Positions 1 to 9,331 are shown, counted from the first letter of the whole stretch. The stretch: 63,862 bases of DNA, filler included, from Candidatus Hydrogenedentota bacterium (GCA_040752395.1; 5 parts of 5 records of this genome joined end to end with filler, not necessarily neighbours in it), one strand, 5' to 3'. The notes: generated by a model from the letters alone, not told the origin. Made by a program: numbers and translations.

Positions 1-1
1 T

Positions 2-958
2 ATTAAATATGGACCTTGTGATGATGCGATAGGCGCAGGGTTCTTTAGTGGCAGATATACTGCAACAATAGTTGCTGCAGGCTCGGTTGCTAAAAAAATA
101 TTAAAAAATTGCGGGATCTCTGTATTTGCTTTTATAAGAGAGGCTGCAGGGGTTCGATGTAAAGAAGAAAATATAAATAAAATTAAAAAATATACTGACT
201 CATTTAAACAAATGAGACGAGATTATGACTCGTTCTACAAGATTGTGTATGAACAAAATATGGTAACTATGGATATGCGGTTTTTAGAAAAGATGAAAGT
301 TTTTGCTACGATAGAAAAACAAATAGATGAAATACGAGCTAAAACTCCAAAAATTGATAGCAAAACCATTATCAAGAAATATAAAGTTCATCCTGTTGTG
401 AATTGCCCAGATATAGAGACTGCTGAAAGTATGTTTGTTTCTTGTAATAAAATTGCTAAAGCTGGTGATTCAAGTGGTGGCGTTATAGAAGTCATTGCTA
501 CTGGGTTACCTGTTGGTTTGGGTGAACCAGTATTTAACAAACTCGATGGCGAATTAGGTAGAATGCTCGGCATAGGCGCTGTAAAAGGCGTTGAGATAGG
601 CGCAGGATTCAGAGTAAAAGATATGACTGGCTCACAATGTAATGACCAGATGCGCTCACAAAACGGGAAGGTCGTGTTTGATTCAAACAATGCAGGCGGT
701 GTTACAGGTGGTCTATCAACAGGTCAACCTTTAATTATTCGGTTGACCATCAAGCCAACACCCACGATTGCTAAAGAACAGTATACGATTGATAAATATA
801 CTTTAAAAAATAAAAAACTTGCTGCGATAACCAGAAGGGACCAAACGATTGTTGGACGTATCTGGCCTGTATGCGAAAACTATACTGCAATCGTTCTACT
901 GGATTTATTAATCTCTTATTATGGATATTCCAGACTCCGTGATATAAACCAGTCTTAA
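2..958 (+). CDS. aroC: Chorismate synthase-like protein (5' partial, divergent)
   Basis: Frame is open from base 2 (KYG...SGRYTATIVAAGSVAKK). Motifs GDSSGG, GLGEPVFNKLDG, GAVKGVEIGAGF, SNNAGGVTGGLSTG, KPTPTI. Confidence 0.85.
   Translation: MKYGPCDDAIGAGFFSGRYTATIVAAGSVAKKILKNCGISVFAFIREAAGVRCKEENINKIKKYTDSFKQMRRDYDSFYKIVYEQNMVTMDMRFLEKMKVFATIEKQIDEIRAKTPKIDSKTIIKKYKVHPVVNCPDIETAESMFVSCNKIAKAGDSSGGVIEVIATGLPVGLGEPVFNKLDGELGRMLGIGAVKGVEIGAGFRVKDMTGSQCNDQMRSQNGKVVFDSNNAGGVTGGLSTGQPLIIRLTIKPTPTIAKEQYTIDKYTLKNKKLAAITRRDQTIVGRIWPVCENYTAIVLLDLLISYYGYSRLRDINQS
902..945 (+). repeat. Direct repeat copy 1 (aroC 3' end)
   Basis: 44 bp identical to 2961-3004. Degenerate similarity extends over about 875-960 vs 2934-3019. 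Confidence 0.9.
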
Positions 959-979
959 ATCTCTAAACCTTACTCTCTA

Positions 980-995
980 TAACTGAGGCATTACA
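980..995 (+). repeat. Dispersed repeat TAACTGAGGCATTACA (short copy)
   Basis: Identical to 53539-53554; related to 9147-9180 and 35668-35701. Confidence 0.6.
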
Positions 996-1049
996 CCGTC
1001 TCACAATTTTCTCTTGACAGAGTGTTTTGTTTCCCCTATAAGGACTCGT

Positions 1050-1571
1050 ATGGAAAATAAAGAAATAGAAAGAGTATTCAAAGTGGTAAATAAAATGTAT
1101 CAAGAAGGAGTGATTAAAGATTATGCAATTAGTGGAGCAGTTGCTACAATTTATTATACTGAACCTTTTGCTACACAAGATATAGATATTTTCTTTATTT
1201 CACCTAAAAAAGAAGGAATAATACTGTTGACACCTTTCTATGACTTTTTGTTAAAAAAAGGATATAAAACATTCAAAGAATACATTATGATAGGAAACAC
1301 ACCTATACAATTTATTCCGGCAAGTACTGATTTAGAAAAAGAAGCTATTGAAAACGCAAACACAGTAAAATACAAAAATATTGAAGTGAAAATTCTGAAG
1401 CCTGAATATTTAATTGCTATATTTTTAAAGGTTTACAGACCAAAAGATAGAGATAAACTGATTAAACTTTTAGACCAAACTCATATAAACAAAACCTTGC
1501 TGTTAAATATTTTAAAAACATTTAAATTAAATAAAAGGTATGATGAATTTATAAAAAAATATTATGAATAA
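1050..1571 (+). CDS. Nucleotidyltransferase-fold protein
   Basis: YAISGAVA...T.DIDIF and RPKD motifs. ATG at 1050 follows AAGGA. Confidence 0.7.
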   Translation: MENKEIERVFKVVNKMYQEGVIKDYAISGAVATIYYTEPFATQDIDIFFISPKKEGIILLTPFYDFLLKKGYKTFKEYIMIGNTPIQFIPASTDLEKEAIENANTVKYKNIEVKILKPEYLIAIFLKVYRPKDRDKLIKLLDQTHINKTLLLNILKTFKLNKRYDEFIKKYYE

Positions 1572-1734
1572 TCTGGTTGGGAAGAGAGAGAAGGATATAG
1601 AAAAATACAGAAAGAAAATATTTAAATCAAAGGAAGAGTGCCGCAGGATATTTGCAAAAGAGCCTTTTGAAAAGAAAATCAGACTTGCCTTTGAACTATA
1701 TAAAAGGGGTGAATATTTAAAAAAGTTTAAGTGA
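1564..1734 (+). CDS. Small 56-aa partner of the nucleotidyltransferase (not in ORF track)
   Basis: MNNLVGKREKDIEKYRKKIFKSKEECRRIFAKEPFEKKIRLAFELY...; overlaps the upstream stop; TA-like two-gene layout. Confidence 0.55.
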   Translation: MNNLVGKREKDIEKYRKKIFKSKEECRRIFAKEPFEKKIRLAFELYKRGEYLKKFK

Positions 1735-1932
1735 TCGACCATACAGTCATAACCACCTCTTCGAGAGTTAGTCTTGTTACCTTCTCCTCACCCTGACAAT
1801 GGAGGCTCAAAATTAGAGCTACCCCTGAGATAGTAGCTATTTTAGATACATTTATAAACATCTTTACCTTACTTAAACTTTTGTTACTTTTTAAAATTCG
1901 TGCTACTTAAAAGAAAAAATAATACCTCTCTT

Positions 1933-2322
1933 CTACAATTCTTTACTCTTCAAAAACTTTTTTATCTCTTCTAATAATTCTTTTGCTTCTCTTATAGCCT
2001 CTTTGGCATCTTCTTTCTCAAAACCAACATAAATATCGTAATCTCCATTCTCTCTTTCATCTTTAAGTTGTGATAGGAATCGACCAAATTTTTTATCTAT
2101 CTTTCCTTGCTTAATAAGATGTAATCCAAACATTGTCTTTAATCCATCATGACTTTCAACAGTTATCCCTTCAGATAATAAAGCTGCACTGACTGCATGA
2201 AAGACTGAGTAATAGGCACGGGAGATAGCATCATCTAAAAAACCTTCTTTAAAAAGAACCTTTGCCGCCTCCAGCTTCTCTTTTGCTTTATTTAACTGAG
2301 TTTCTATTATTCTCTCTTCCAT
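1933..2322 (-). CDS. HEPN domain protein
   Basis: AISRAYYSVFHA, SHDGL, R...DY motifs; coupled to the upstream MNT gene. Confidence 0.85.
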   Translation of the reverse strand: MEERIIETQLNKAKEKLEAAKVLFKEGFLDDAISRAYYSVFHAVSAALLSEGITVESHDGLKTMFGLHLIKQGKIDKKFGRFLSQLKDERENGDYDIYVGFEKEDAKEAIREAKELLEEIKKFLKSKEL

Positions 2323-2654
2323 AGTTCAACTCCTGTATTTTGAATCTCTGCCATAAAAGGTGTAGGTAATTTCATCATCCTCTGAAAGTTTTGTTGGTCA
2401 TAAATTTTTAATGAAAGATTAACCCCATATTCTAAAAGAAGATCCATAACCTTATCATAGAGACCTTCAATGATATCTCTTTCTCGTTTATCAAGAACAA
2501 TCAGAATATCAAAGTCTGACCATGGTAAAGCTACGCCTTTGGCTCGTGAGCCGAAAAAGATGACTCTTGATAAATGAACTCCAAACTCCCTTGTTATTCG
2601 ATTAACAAAATCATTCAAAATTCTCTTCTCATCGAAACTAATACTTAATGACAC
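2307..2654 (-). CDS. Minimal nucleotidyltransferase (MNT) antitoxin
   Basis: FGSRAKG...SDFDILIV. Confidence 0.85.
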   Translation of the reverse strand: MSLSISFDEKRILNDFVNRITREFGVHLSRVIFFGSRAKGVALPWSDFDILIVLDKRERDIIEGLYDKVMDLLLEYGVNLSLKIYDQQNFQRMMKLPTPFMAEIQNTGVELWKRE

Positions 2655-2662
2655 CTATTAAT

Positions 2663-2821
2663 CTCCTCTGAAAAACGTTGTAACTCTAATAATATCAAAT
2701 AGAAGCAAGAAGCAAGATAAACAAACATCTGGTTTTTCATCCTTTGTGTAGAGCGCAAAAACCCAAAAACGCAATAACCCAATAACCCAAGAACCCAATA
2801 GTGTAGAGCGCAAACCGCGCT
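2663..2821 (-). repeat. Modular intergenic element (2 GTAG-REP-like units, TTGGGTTA array, CTTGCTT array, SD end module)
   Basis: On the minus strand it ends ...ATTAGAGTTACAACGTTTTTCAGAGGAG, 8 nt before the MNT start. Nearly identical to 57312-57430. Confidence 0.85.
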
Positions 2822-2960
2822 ATTGTGGTCATACTCAAAGAGCTCAGGAGTTCTGACTCAATTGATACTCCAATTATCTTACTTCTATAAAAATAGTAAC
2901 ACAACTATAAAAAGATAACAAGAAAAAACGTCCAGAAATTATACTACAATCATTCTGCCT

Positions 2961-3004
2961 GATTTATTAATCTCTTATTATGGATATTCCAGACTCCGTG
3001 ATAT
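2961..3004 (+). repeat. Direct repeat copy 2 (duplicated aroC 3' end)
   Basis: Identical to 902-945. Confidence 0.9.
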
Positions 3005-3013
3005 GAACCGGGA

Positions 3014-3478
3014 TTAAATAGAAAGGAGTTTGTCTTTATCAAAAACAAAGTTTTCCCTTTTATAATCTGCGATACCTGTTTTAGATGTCAGCTCCAGTGC
3101 ATCGCATGGACAGACCTCCTGACAGAACCCGCAAAATATACAGCGTAACTCATCTATAACAAATTCTTTACACACCTTCTCTCTGTCACTCCAGCCTGAT
3201 TCTTCAGCTACTATTGATATACATTTTGAGGGACATACTGTAGCACATATAAAACACGCTACACACTTTGGTCTCCCATACTCGTCTTTTTTTAATCTAT
3301 GTATACCACGGTACCTTTCTCCTTTATATCCTGACTCTTTTGGATAATTTATTGTATATGGTTTTTTAAAGCTATGTTTCAAAGTAACTAATAGCCCTTT
3401 AATAATTGCAGGCAATGCTATCGTATCAATTAAATCTTCTTTTAATTCGACATTTTTTACATAATCTTTTCCCTGCAT
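3014..3478 (-). CDS. nuoI: NADH-quinone oxidoreductase subunit I
   Basis: RYRGIHRL; two CxxCxxCxxxCP ferredoxin motifs. Confidence 0.92.
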   Translation of the reverse strand: MQGKDYVKNVELKEDLIDTIALPAIIKGLLVTLKHSFKKPYTINYPKESGYKGERYRGIHRLKKDEYGRPKCVACFICATVCPSKCISIVAEESGWSDREKVCKEFVIDELRCIFCGFCQEVCPCDALELTSKTGIADYKRENFVFDKDKLLSI

Positions 3479-3488
3479 ACTATTACCA

Positions 3489-3594
3489 CTCCTCTGAAAA
3501 AGTTCGAGGTTCGGAGTTCGGAGTTCGGAGCTCGGATCTATTATTACGAACTCCTAACTCCTATCTTTCCCCTACTTTGTGCCTTTGTGCCTCT
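3489..3594 (-). repeat. Modular intergenic element (GGCACAAA and GGAGTTC/GAACTCC inverted arrays, TTTTTCAGAGGAG end)
   Basis: Heptamer arrays between nuoG and nuoI; SD lies 10 nt before the nuoI ATG. Confidence 0.8.
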
Positions 3595-3598
3595 AATT

Positions 3599-5029
3599 TT
3601 AATACACCTCGCTATGCCCTGACACCCGTTTATATACCCCTTTTAAAATATCATACTCATTAATATTTGTTAATACAGCTGGTTTAAAAGATTGTTGTTT
3701 ATTATTCTGATTTATAAAACTACCCTCTTTCTCAAAACATAAAGTGCCTGCAATTCTAATACTGACGTTCTCAAACAAACAATTATCATTAAATGGTGTA
3801 AATATAATTATCTCTTTTATCTTTCTAAACTCATCTTTAATAATGTTTTCTGGCGAATAGTCAAACAATATAACTGTATCATAACCATCAAGATTTTCTA
3901 TCTTTTCAATCTTTTGGGAAAATATCTTTTTGATCCCATTTCTATTAGGAGTCCTATCAGCGGGGATTGTAAATTTAGGGAATATAATCTCTTTGCCATC
4001 TTCTTTAAATAAGACCATTACTTTCAACGATAGATAATCTGCTAATTTTTTTATCATAAGGAGCTCTTCAATAGTCTGGTAAGGCGAAATTATCACACAG
4101 ACTTTATCTTTGTTTTTTAATAAAGTATTAGCTATTGTATCCATTGCTTCAGGAGCTTGAACAACTCTATCTCTTATTTTATTTTCAGTTAATCTTGGTC
4201 TATGATATAACCATTTATATGTAAGCCTGCCTATATCGCACATCCAGTGCGAGTTTATTTTCTCATTAAATCTCGGTCTTATTCTGTAGACAATGTTATT
4301 ATTATAGTCTAAATAGATATTGCAGCCTTTTGAACAGCCCGGACAGATAGCTTCAACAGTCTTTAAAAACCACGCTCTCTGCTTAAATAAAAAGCTTTTA
4401 CTGACAAATGCGCCAACAGGGCAGAGGTCAACAAGGTTCATAGACAAAAGATGGTCTATCCTTCTATTGAAAAAAATATCAAGCTCAGAATAAACACCGC
4501 GCTTTAATATAGTAAGTCCGTAATTACCTGATATATATTTCTCAAACCTTATACAGCGGGTACACATAACACATCTATTTGAATAAAGTAAAATACGTTC
4601 ACCCACGTCTTTTTTACCTCGAATTATTTTATCTTCACTAAATCTCGATTTATTCTGTTCAAATGTGTATGCATAATCCTGAAGCTTGCATTCACCAGCC
4701 TGGTCACAGATCGGGCAATCAAGCGGATGATTTAACAACAAAAATTCTATCATTGCTTTTCTTGTCTTTTTAATCGTATCAGAATTTGTTATTACAATCA
4801 TACCATCAGCCACCTCAGTACCGCAGGCTATCTGTAACTTTGGCATCATCTCTATTTTATCTTTCTTCTGTAGTCCTATCTCAACAAGACAGGTTCTGCA
4901 GGACCCACTTACAGTTAATTCTGGATAATAACACAAATAAGGTATCTGTATATTATTTCTTAAAGCGAGCTGTAGAACTGTTTCGCCTTTCCTGGCTTCT
5001 AAAACCTTTCCATCAATCACTACTCTCAA
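3599..5029 (-). CDS. nuoG: NADH-quinone oxidoreductase subunit G (short form)
   Basis: GSCRTC, HPLDCPICDQAGEC, CVMCTRC, CPVGA, CPGCSKGC Fe-S motifs. Confidence 0.88.
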   Translation of the reverse strand: MRVVIDGKVLEARKGETVLQLALRNNIQIPYLCYYPELTVSGSCRTCLVEIGLQKKDKIEMMPKLQIACGTEVADGMIVITNSDTIKKTRKAMIEFLLLNHPLDCPICDQAGECKLQDYAYTFEQNKSRFSEDKIIRGKKDVGERILLYSNRCVMCTRCIRFEKYISGNYGLTILKRGVYSELDIFFNRRIDHLLSMNLVDLCPVGAFVSKSFLFKQRAWFLKTVEAICPGCSKGCNIYLDYNNNIVYRIRPRFNEKINSHWMCDIGRLTYKWLYHRPRLTENKIRDRVVQAPEAMDTIANTLLKNKDKVCVIISPYQTIEELLMIKKLADYLSLKVMVLFKEDGKEIIFPKFTIPADRTPNRNGIKKIFSQKIEKIENLDGYDTVILFDYSPENIIKDEFRKIKEIIIFTPFNDNCLFENVSIRIAGTLCFEKEGSFINQNNKQQSFKPAVLTNINEYDILKGVYKRVSGHSEVY

Positions 5030-5061
5030 TTTTCTCTTTCCTCCAGTTATTACTCTCCCAT

Positions 5062-6327
5062 TTATTGTCTTGGAATTATTATGGTTTTTTTAATTGCTTC
5101 TTCGAACTCAGTTCTAAATTTAGTAATAAAACTTTCAACAGGTATAACAGCCGCATCACCAAACGGACAGACAGTCTTAAATTTTATATTCGAACATATA
5201 TCAAGCAAGAGGTCCAGATCTTCAGGTTTGCCATCACCCTTATATATCCTTCGTAAAATTTTCATAATCCAGATAGTTCCCTCTCGGCAGGGTGTGCATT
5301 GACCACAGGATTCATGAGCATAAAACCGCGATAAATTATATAATGACCTCACCATTGAGGTATCTTCATCAAGCACAATAATACCGCCTGACCCAAGCGC
5401 TGACCCGGCTTTGATAAGTGAATCAAAATCCATAGGAATATCTATCTCATCAAATTTTAGTACTGGTGTAGAGGAACCGCCCGGGATCACTGCTTTTATC
5501 TTTTTGCCATCCTTTACGCCGGCTGCATAGTTCTCTATTATCTCTCTTAAATTCGTTCCAAGTGGCAGTTCATACACCCCCGGTCTATTAACTCTGCCTG
5601 AGACACAAAATAACTTGGTTCCGCCATTATTAGGCGTACCAATAGAAGCAAACCTAACTGCACCATTTAGAATTATATACGGGATATTCGCTAATGTTTC
5701 TACATTATTTATTATTGTGGGAGATTGGTATAAACCTTTAGTAGCCGGGAATGGTGGTCTTATTCTTGGCCAGCCGCGTTTGCCCTCAAGCGATTCAAGT
5801 AACCCTGTCTCTTCACCGCAAACATAAGCACCTGCACCACGATAGACTGTGATCTCGATATCGATATTCCTGCCTAAAATATTTTTCCCAAGATAATTCT
5901 TATTTTGTGCTTCTTCAATCGCTTTATTTAATATCTCTGAGCCTTCCCTGAATTCGCCCCGTATATAAATAAACGCGTGTTTCACTGATAAAGCATAAGA
6001 AGATATAAGTATCCCCTCAATTAAAAGATGTGGATTATTCCATATAATCCATTTATCTTTAAAAGTGCCTGGCTCGCTCTCATCAGCATTACAACATAAA
6101 TATACGGGTCTTCCTGAATCTTTAGGAACAAAGCTCCATTTTAATCCAGTTGCAAAACCAGCGCCTCCCCTGCCACGCAGCGTAGATCTTTTAACCTCTT
6201 CAACTATTTCATCTTTTTTCATATCAATGGCTTTTTTAAGAGCATCATAACCGCCTGTGCTTTCATAACCCGAAAGAGTATACAAATCTTTTTTATCTTC
6301 ATACTTCATTATAATTTTTTCAGTCAT
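5062..6327 (-). CDS. nuoF: NADH-quinone oxidoreductase subunit F
   Basis: LRGRGGAGF, NADESEPGTFKD, GAGAYVCGEET, ESCGQCTPCREG. Confidence 0.96.
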   Translation of the reverse strand: MTEKIIMKYEDKKDLYTLSGYESTGGYDALKKAIDMKKDEIVEEVKRSTLRGRGGAGFATGLKWSFVPKDSGRPVYLCCNADESEPGTFKDKWIIWNNPHLLIEGILISSYALSVKHAFIYIRGEFREGSEILNKAIEEAQNKNYLGKNILGRNIDIEITVYRGAGAYVCGEETGLLESLEGKRGWPRIRPPFPATKGLYQSPTIINNVETLANIPYIILNGAVRFASIGTPNNGGTKLFCVSGRVNRPGVYELPLGTNLREIIENYAAGVKDGKKIKAVIPGGSSTPVLKFDEIDIPMDFDSLIKAGSALGSGGIIVLDEDTSMVRSLYNLSRFYAHESCGQCTPCREGTIWIMKILRRIYKGDGKPEDLDLLLDICSNIKFKTVCPFGDAAVIPVESFITKFRTEFEEAIKKTIIIPRQ

Positions 6328-6799
6328 TGTCTTCTATCTCTTTCAATATCTTATCAATCTTGTTTTCATTCAGTTCTTCATAAAATTTACCATTAATCTG
6401 CATCACAGGCGCTTTCCCGCAATTCCCTAAACACTCAACCTTTAATAAAGTAAATTTACCATCCTGTGTTGTTTCACCTGATTTTATACCTAATCTATTT
6501 TCAAGATAATCTATAATATGGTCACTACCCATAAGAGAGCAGGATAAAGTAGCGCAAACCTCGATAACATATTTACCTTGCTTCTTTTTCTTTAACATTG
6601 TATAAAACTGGAAAGTATTATGCATCTCAGTAGCCGGGATATTTAAAACTTCTGATAATTCAAGTATAATCTCATCTGAAACATAAGAATAATTATCCTG
6701 AAGATAATGTAGAATCATAAGCAACGCGGACCTTTTTTCTGGAAAAATACTACAAAACCCCTGTATTCTATCTTTATCTTCATCTCTTAAAATACTCAT
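6320..6799 (-). CDS. nuoE: NADH-quinone oxidoreductase subunit E
   Basis: CATLSC...ECLGNCGKAP 2Fe-2S motif. Confidence 0.93.
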   Translation of the reverse strand: MSILRDEDKDRIQGFCSIFPEKRSALLMILHYLQDNYSYVSDEIILELSEVLNIPATEMHNTFQFYTMLKKKKQGKYVIEVCATLSCSLMGSDHIIDYLENRLGIKSGETTQDGKFTLLKVECLGNCGKAPVMQINGKFYEELNENKIDKILKEIEDND

Positions 6800-8016
6800 C
6801 TATCCATCTCACCTGCAATAACATTCATACTCGCGAGGATACCTACAATGTCAGAGATTAAATGTCCTTTTGACATATATGGTACTGCATTAATATGTAA
6901 AAATGAAGGCGGTCTCACCCTGACTCTATAAGGTTTATCCGTTCCATCAGATACAATATAAAACCCAAGCTCACCATTAGGTGCTTCAGTTGGGACATAA
7001 GCCTCTCCCTCTCGTGGTCTTATACCATGACCATCCATTATGAGCTTGAAATGATGTATAAGTTCTTCTGCACTGGAGATATAATTTTTGCCATTCTGAG
7101 TCGGACAGGCAATATTATATTCGTCAAGTATATATTTACCTGACGGCACATTGTTCACAGCCTGATTAATAATTTTTATAGACTGCCTTACTTCTTCAAG
7201 CCTGACAAGATATCTTGAATATACATCACCTTTATAAGCCAGTGGTATCTCAAACTCAAAATCCTCATAACTCGAATACGGCTCAAGCTTTCTTATATCT
7301 CTCGGTTCACCGCTTGCACGTAAAGCAGGTCCTGTGATCCCAAGATTTATAGCATCTTCTCGCAAGATACACCCGATATTTCTTGTTCGATTAATCCATA
7401 TTTTGTTTTTTGTTAATAAAGTATCTATATCATTAAGTACCCGGATATGATTTTTTGTAAACTCTCTAATCATCTGATAAGATTTAGAAGTAAAATCTTT
7501 AGCAACACCGCCTATCCTTATAAATGAGGTTGTCATTCGTGCGCCGGAAATCTCAACAAAAATATCATAAATCTTCTCACGCTCCTGAAAACCATAGAAA
7601 AACGGAGTCATTGCACCGATATCAACCGCGTGTGTACCGAGCCAGACCATATGGTCAGCTATCCGCGATAACTCCGCAAGTATAATTCTTAAAACTTCAG
7701 CTTTTTTAGGCGCCTTTATCTCAAGGAGCTTCTCTACTGATAAACAATAGGCAAGATTATTACATAAAGGTGATAAATAATTCATTCTGTCAGTAACAGC
7801 GATATATTGATGATAAGACATACTCTCAGCCTGTTTCTCAAACCCGCAATGAAGATAACCTATGCGTGCCTTAATATTTTCAATTATCTCACCATCAACC
7901 TCAGCTTCAAAATGTATGGTCCCATGCATCGCGGGATGTGAAGGACCTAAATTAAGAAATATCGTCTTCTTGCTATTAGTCTGCACGTTCAACCCTCGGG
8001 AAATGATCTCGTTCAC
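6796..8016 (-). CDS. nuoD: NADH-quinone oxidoreductase subunit D
   Basis: GPSHPAMHG, GYLH, DRMNY, EAPNGELG, GEMDR. Confidence 0.95.
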   Translation of the reverse strand: MNEIISRGLNVQTNSKKTIFLNLGPSHPAMHGTIHFEAEVDGEIIENIKARIGYLHCGFEKQAESMSYHQYIAVTDRMNYLSPLCNNLAYCLSVEKLLEIKAPKKAEVLRIILAELSRIADHMVWLGTHAVDIGAMTPFFYGFQEREKIYDIFVEISGARMTTSFIRIGGVAKDFTSKSYQMIREFTKNHIRVLNDIDTLLTKNKIWINRTRNIGCILREDAINLGITGPALRASGEPRDIRKLEPYSSYEDFEFEIPLAYKGDVYSRYLVRLEEVRQSIKIINQAVNNVPSGKYILDEYNIACPTQNGKNYISSAEELIHHFKLIMDGHGIRPREGEAYVPTEAPNGELGFYIVSDGTDKPYRVRVRPPSFLHINAVPYMSKGHLISDIVGILASMNVIAGEMDR

Positions 8017-8479
8017 CTATTCCTTTAAGCGGATACCCTTTTCTTAACGGATGACTCTCAAAATTTTCAGGCAGTAATATCCTTTCAAGACAGGGATGGT
8101 CAAAAAACTCGATCCCGAACATATCATAGACTTCACGTTCTAACGATATAGCTGATTTCCATAACCCTGATACTGATCTCACTTTTTGGTCTTTATTTAT
8201 ATAGGATTTGATCCTCAGTCGTATATTTTTAAGAGTAGAATATAATTGATATACAATATCAAAACCCTCTGACTTACCACTAAGCTTTAATTCACTTGTA
8301 TCAATCGCGGTAATATCTATTAAAAAATCAAATGTAGGTTTGAGAAACTCCATAACAGAATAGATAGAATCTTTATCTATTCTGACTATACAATCCCCCC
8401 TATCGATTAACTTTTCTTTTATGTACTTTTTAAATCTATCGTCCAAAGAATCCAATACGGATTGGAGTAGGTCGTTCAT
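7976..8479 (-). CDS. nuoC: NADH-quinone oxidoreductase subunit C
   Basis: EREVYDMFGIEF..HP.L.RIL...HPLRK.YP. Confidence 0.93.
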   Translation of the reverse strand: MNDLLQSVLDSLDDRFKKYIKEKLIDRGDCIVRIDKDSIYSVMEFLKPTFDFLIDITAIDTSELKLSGKSEGFDIVYQLYSTLKNIRLRIKSYINKDQKVRSVSGLWKSAISLEREVYDMFGIEFFDHPCLERILLPENFESHPLRKGYPLKGIGERDHFPRVERAD

Positions 8480-8942
8480 CTCGCTCCTTTTTACCAGTTC
8501 TTATTAAATCCTGTATTCTGAAGATACCTTCAAGCAAATCTTCAGCTGATGGCGGACACCCCTGAACATAAACATCCACAGGGATGAACTTATCAATGCC
8601 CTGACATACAGCATAGTTATCAAACAATCCGCCTGATGATGCGCAGGCTCCCATAGATATACACCATTTAGGTTCGGGTATCTGTGACCAGATTCTAATT
8701 AGTACAGGCATAAGTTTTATAGGTACTCTGCCTGCAACAATCATTAAATCAGCCTGTCTCGGTGAAAACCTTAAGAATTCAGACCCGAACCTGCCTAAGT
8801 CATATCTTGACGCAGCAGCTGCCATCATTTCGATACCACAGCACGCAGTGCCAAATGGCATAGGCCACATAGAATTCCGCTCCGCCCATTTAATAATCTC
8901 ATCTATTCTCGTAATAACAAAAAATTTCTCAAGCGCTTCCAT
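8436..8942 (-). CDS. nuoB: NADH-quinone oxidoreductase subunit B
   Basis: GTACCGIEM, SPRQAD, GACASSGG, GCPP. Confidence 0.96.
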   Translation of the reverse strand: MEALEKFFVITRIDEIIKWAERNSMWPMPFGTACCGIEMMAAAASRYDLGRFGSEFLRFSPRQADLMIVAGRVPIKLMPVLIRIWSQIPEPKWCISMGACASSGGLFDNYAVCQGIDKFIPVDVYVQGCPPSAEDLLEGIFRIQDLIRTGKKERDERPTPIRIGFFGR

Positions 8943-9010
8943 ATTGTTGATAAACTATAACTCCTCTCTTTTTTCGTCAAGCTGAAATGTGAACTTCGGG
9001 TATTCCCTCA

Positions 9011-9099
9011 GAACGTGTGAAATAATCATCATTAATACTGGGCAACTCTTTTATTATCAGCCCCTATTTTCTGAAAAAGTCTAATTTTTTCACACGTTC
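9011..9099. mobile_element. 89-bp MITE, copy 1
   Basis: 12-bp TIRs GAACGTGTGAAA/TTTCACACGTTC flanked by TCA...TCA; second 89-bp copy at 58633-58721. Confidence 0.75.
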
Positions 9100-9146
9100 T
9101 CAGTCTTCAGTGGGATTCCGTAATCTTGCTTCTTGCTTCTAAAGTA

Positions 9147-9180
9147 TAAGTTCTACTGCACCAATAACCGAGGCTTTACA
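9147..9180 (+). repeat. 34-bp dispersed repeat
   Basis: 31/34 match to the reverse complement of 35668-35701. Confidence 0.75.
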
Positions 9181-9331
9181 ACTTCGGTATTATGTAAACT
9201 TATTAAAAATCCAATTTTGGGTATTGACTTTTTAGAAGATTGAATATATAATTATAAATAAAATAGGAGATCAATATAGAAAAAAGTATCTCTAAACAAG
9301 GTAAGGTAAAATAACAGGGAGGTGAACCGGT

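Noticed and set aside
6796-8942. Group 4 NiFe hydrogenase
   Set aside because: The large subunit lacks both CxxC Ni-binding motifs and has NuoD quinone-site motifs.
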